DNA of 64,000 nt from positions 464-64,463 of the forward strand of contig DASWFT010000105.1 of assembly GCA_036394075.1 (NCBI GenBank), in the 5' to 3' direction. Below, in pieces: positions 62,179 through 64,000 of this stretch. The translations under genes and the position numbers were made by a program. The DNA is from Streptosporangiaceae bacterium. GTDB taxonomy: Bacteria > Actinomycetota > Actinomycetes > Streptosporangiales > Streptosporangiaceae. A model generated the notes under the pieces. That model was not told the origin of the DNA, ran no database searches, and was given only the letters and a program-made list of their open reading frames with translations. Positions within the stretch are counted from its first letter, which is position 1. The number at the start of each line of letters is the position of its first letter.

Positions 62179-63296
62179 TGGAGATCGGCCGCGGTAAGAG
62201 CGGCCGCCGTGCCTACGCGCTCGACGAGATTGGCATCGTCCCCTCCCGCCGGACCAGGCACCCCGAAGAGGTGTCCATCGCCTGGCAGATCGACGCCTAC
62301 CGGTTCGACCTGCCGCTGGTCGTCTGCCCGATGGACAGCGTCGTCTCGCCGCGGACCGCGGTGCTGATCGGACGCCTCGGCGGGCTCGCCGTGCTCGACC
62401 TTGAGGGGCTGTGGACCCGCTACGAGGACCCAGAGCCGCTCCTCGCCGAGGTGACCGGGCTCGGCGAGGAGGCTGCCACCCGCCGGTTGCAGGAGATCTA
62501 CGCCGAGCCCATCAAAGAAGACTTGATCGGCCGCAGGATCGAGGAGATCCGCGCCGCCGGCGTCATCACGGCCGCACGGCTGTCACCGCAGCGAACCGTT
62601 CGGTATTACAAGGCAGTTATCGACGCGGGCGTCGATATTTTCGTCATTCGCGGCACCACCGTGTCCGCCGAGCACGTCTCCGGGCAGGCCGAGCCGCTCA
62701 ACCTCAAGCAGTTCATCTACGAACTCGACGTCCCGGTCATCGTGGGTGGCTGCGCCACCTACACCGCGGCGCTGCACCTCATGCGGACCGGGGCCGCCGG
62801 GGTCCTCGTCGGGTTCGGCGGCGGCTCGGGGCACACCACGGCCGCGGTGCTCGGCGTCGCCGTGCCGATGGCCACGGCGATCGCCGATGTGGCCGCCGCG
62901 CGGCGCGACTACCTCGACGAATCCGGCGGCCGGTATGTGCATGTCATCGCGGACGGGAGCATGACCCGCAGCGGCGACATCGCCAAAGCGCTGGCCTGTG
63001 GCGCCGACGCGGTCATGGTCGGCTCGCCGTTCGCCCGCGCGGAGCAGGCGCCAGGCCGCGGCTACCACTGGGGCAGCGAGGCGCACCATCCCGACCTGCC
63101 CCGGGGGGCCCGGGTCAAGGTGGGCACCATCGGCACGCTGGAGCAGATCCTGCATGGCCCGTCCACCATGGCTGACGGCTCGCTGAACCTGATGGGTGCC
63201 CTGCGCCGGACCATGGCTACCTCCGGCTACTCCGACCTGAAGGAATTCCAGCGGGTCGAGGTGGTCGTCGCGCCGTACGCACCGCCGCGCCGCTAG
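62169..63296 (+). CDS. guaB3: GuaB3-family IMP dehydrogenase-related protein (no CBS insert)
   Basis: 375 aa. IMPDH-like barrel without the CBS domains, directly downstream of guaB as in mycobacteria. Confidence 0.9.
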   Translation: MTTVEIGRGKSGRRAYALDEIGIVPSRRTRHPEEVSIAWQIDAYRFDLPLVVCPMDSVVSPRTAVLIGRLGGLAVLDLEGLWTRYEDPEPLLAEVTGLGEEAATRRLQEIYAEPIKEDLIGRRIEEIRAAGVITAARLSPQRTVRYYKAVIDAGVDIFVIRGTTVSAEHVSGQAEPLNLKQFIYELDVPVIVGGCATYTAALHLMRTGAAGVLVGFGGGSGHTTAAVLGVAVPMATAIADVAAARRDYLDESGGRYVHVIADGSMTRSGDIAKALACGADAVMVGSPFARAEQAPGRGYHWGSEAHHPDLPRGARVKVGTIGTLEQILHGPSTMADGSLNLMGALRRTMATSGYSDLKEFQRVEVVVAPYAPPRR

Positions 63297-63345
63297 CGTA
63301 GAGCCGGTGGACGTAGTACGCGAGGCACGCCAGCAAGCGACAGCC

Positions 63346-63425
63346 GGCCACGGATTCTCCGTCGGCCACGCACTCTCCGCAGGCCACGGACCTGCGGCAG
63401 GCCACGGACCTGCGGCAGGCCGGGG
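63346..63425 (+). repeat. about 4.4 tandem 18-nt units (GGCCACGGACCTGCGGCA)
   Basis: Units begin at 63346, 63364, 63382 and 63400. The last two are identical. A partial fifth unit follows. Confidence 0.9.
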
Positions 63426-63473
63426 ATCGGTGGAGCACTCGCGGGCTGGCCGGATGCTAGCGTTCCCGTTGTG

Positions 63474-64000
63474 ATGGCCGGGGGGGACGACACGGCAAGA
63501 CTCTGCCCCGATGATAGGTCCGCGGCGCTCGCAACGCTCGCCGGGGCCGAGCATCAGGTTCTCGTGGTGGGCGGCGGCGTGGTGGGTGCGGGCGTGGCGC
63601 TGGACGCCGCGACCCGCGGGCTTTCGGTGGGCCTGGTGGAAGCGCGCGACTTCGCATCGGGGACCTCGTCGCGATCCAGCAAGCTGATCCACGGCGGGCT
63701 CCGCTACCTGGAGCAGCTCAATGTGGGCCTGGTCCGCGAAGCCCTCACCGAACGTGCCCTGCTGCTCCAGCGGCTCGCGCCGCACCTGGTGCGGCCGGTG
63801 CCGTTCCTGTTCCCTTTCACCCACCACGTCTGGGAGCGCGGGTACGTCGGCGCCGGTGTGACCGCGTATGACCTGCTCGGGTTCTCCCTCGGCCAGGCCA
63901 GGGGCCTGCCCGGGCACCGGCAGTTGACCCGGCGCAGCACGCTCCGGCTGGCGCCCGCCCTGAAACGGTCGGCGGTCACCGGGGCCATCCAGTACTGGGA
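63474..64000 (+). CDS. glpD: FAD-dependent glycerol-3-phosphate dehydrogenase/oxidase, N-terminal part (runs off the right edge)
   Basis: Not in the track. Hand-translated as MAGGDDTARLC...HQVLVVGGGVVGAGVALDAATRGLSVGLVEARDFASGTSSRSSKLIHGGLRYLEQ, which is the GlpD dinucleotide-binding N-terminus. Confidence 0.8.
   Translation, partial: MAGGDDTARLCPDDRSAALATLAGAEHQVLVVGGGVVGAGVALDAATRGLSVGLVEARDFASGTSSRSSKLIHGGLRYLEQLNVGLVREALTERALLLQRLAPHLVRPVPFLFPFTHHVWERGYVGAGVTAYDLLGFSLGQARGLPGHRQLTRRSTLRLAPALKRSAVTGAIQYW

Overview
High-GC (roughly 70%) actinobacterial chromosome segment carrying the core transcription/translation super-cluster, almost all on the + strand. Gene order: tRNA-Trp, secE, nusG, rplK-rplA, rplJ-rplL, rpoB-rpoC, rpsL-rpsG-fusA-tuf, then the S10/spc/alpha operons (rpsJ to rplQ, including secY, adk, map, infA, rpmJ, rpoA) and truA. 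These are followed by rplM-rpsI-glmM, glmS, acpS-nnr-alr, tsaE/tsaB/rimI/tsaD, and groES-groEL1 with a CIRCE operator. The right end holds a SigD-type ECF sigma factor with a coupled putative anti-sigma, guaB plus guaB3-like, and the start of glpD. Adenosine deaminase (partial) and a PLP aminotransferase lie on the minus strand at the left edge. I saw no transposase, integrase, phage, CRISPR/cas or recognisable defence genes, so this is mostly an ordinary core region. I cannot honestly name a new multi-gene system here. Non-core content is limited to six genes: a DUF1707 protein with a (DRHR)n tail, a long Pro-rich single-pass membrane protein between truA and rplM, an AbiEi-like/DUF559 protein, a VOC protein between glmS and acpS, an alpha/beta hydrolase, and a membrane-anchored protein splitting tsaE from tsaB. 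Four things merit a second look. (1) Operon spacers are expanded by repeats and junction duplications: paralogous repeat spacers on both sides of rplC, a duplicated rplP 3' end forming a 38-codon ORF coupled to both neighbours, and duplicated stop/start junctions at rplK and guaB3. (2) A roughly 144-nt rod-like structured element with G-U-compensated pairing and an 18-bp perfect palindrome lie upstream of glmM. (3) A GGTGAATGT...ACATTCACC palindromic repeat family occurs after glmS and twice upstream of alr, next to two consensus DnaA-box 9-mers. (4) Four antibiotic-target hot spots deviate from the conserved residue: S12 Arg88, S5 Gln in the VKGG loop, L11 Thr in PPVGPALG, and RpoB cluster I N-to-T and S-to-A. 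Many long ORFs in the supplied track are antisense or shadow ORFs typical of high-GC DNA and were rejected.
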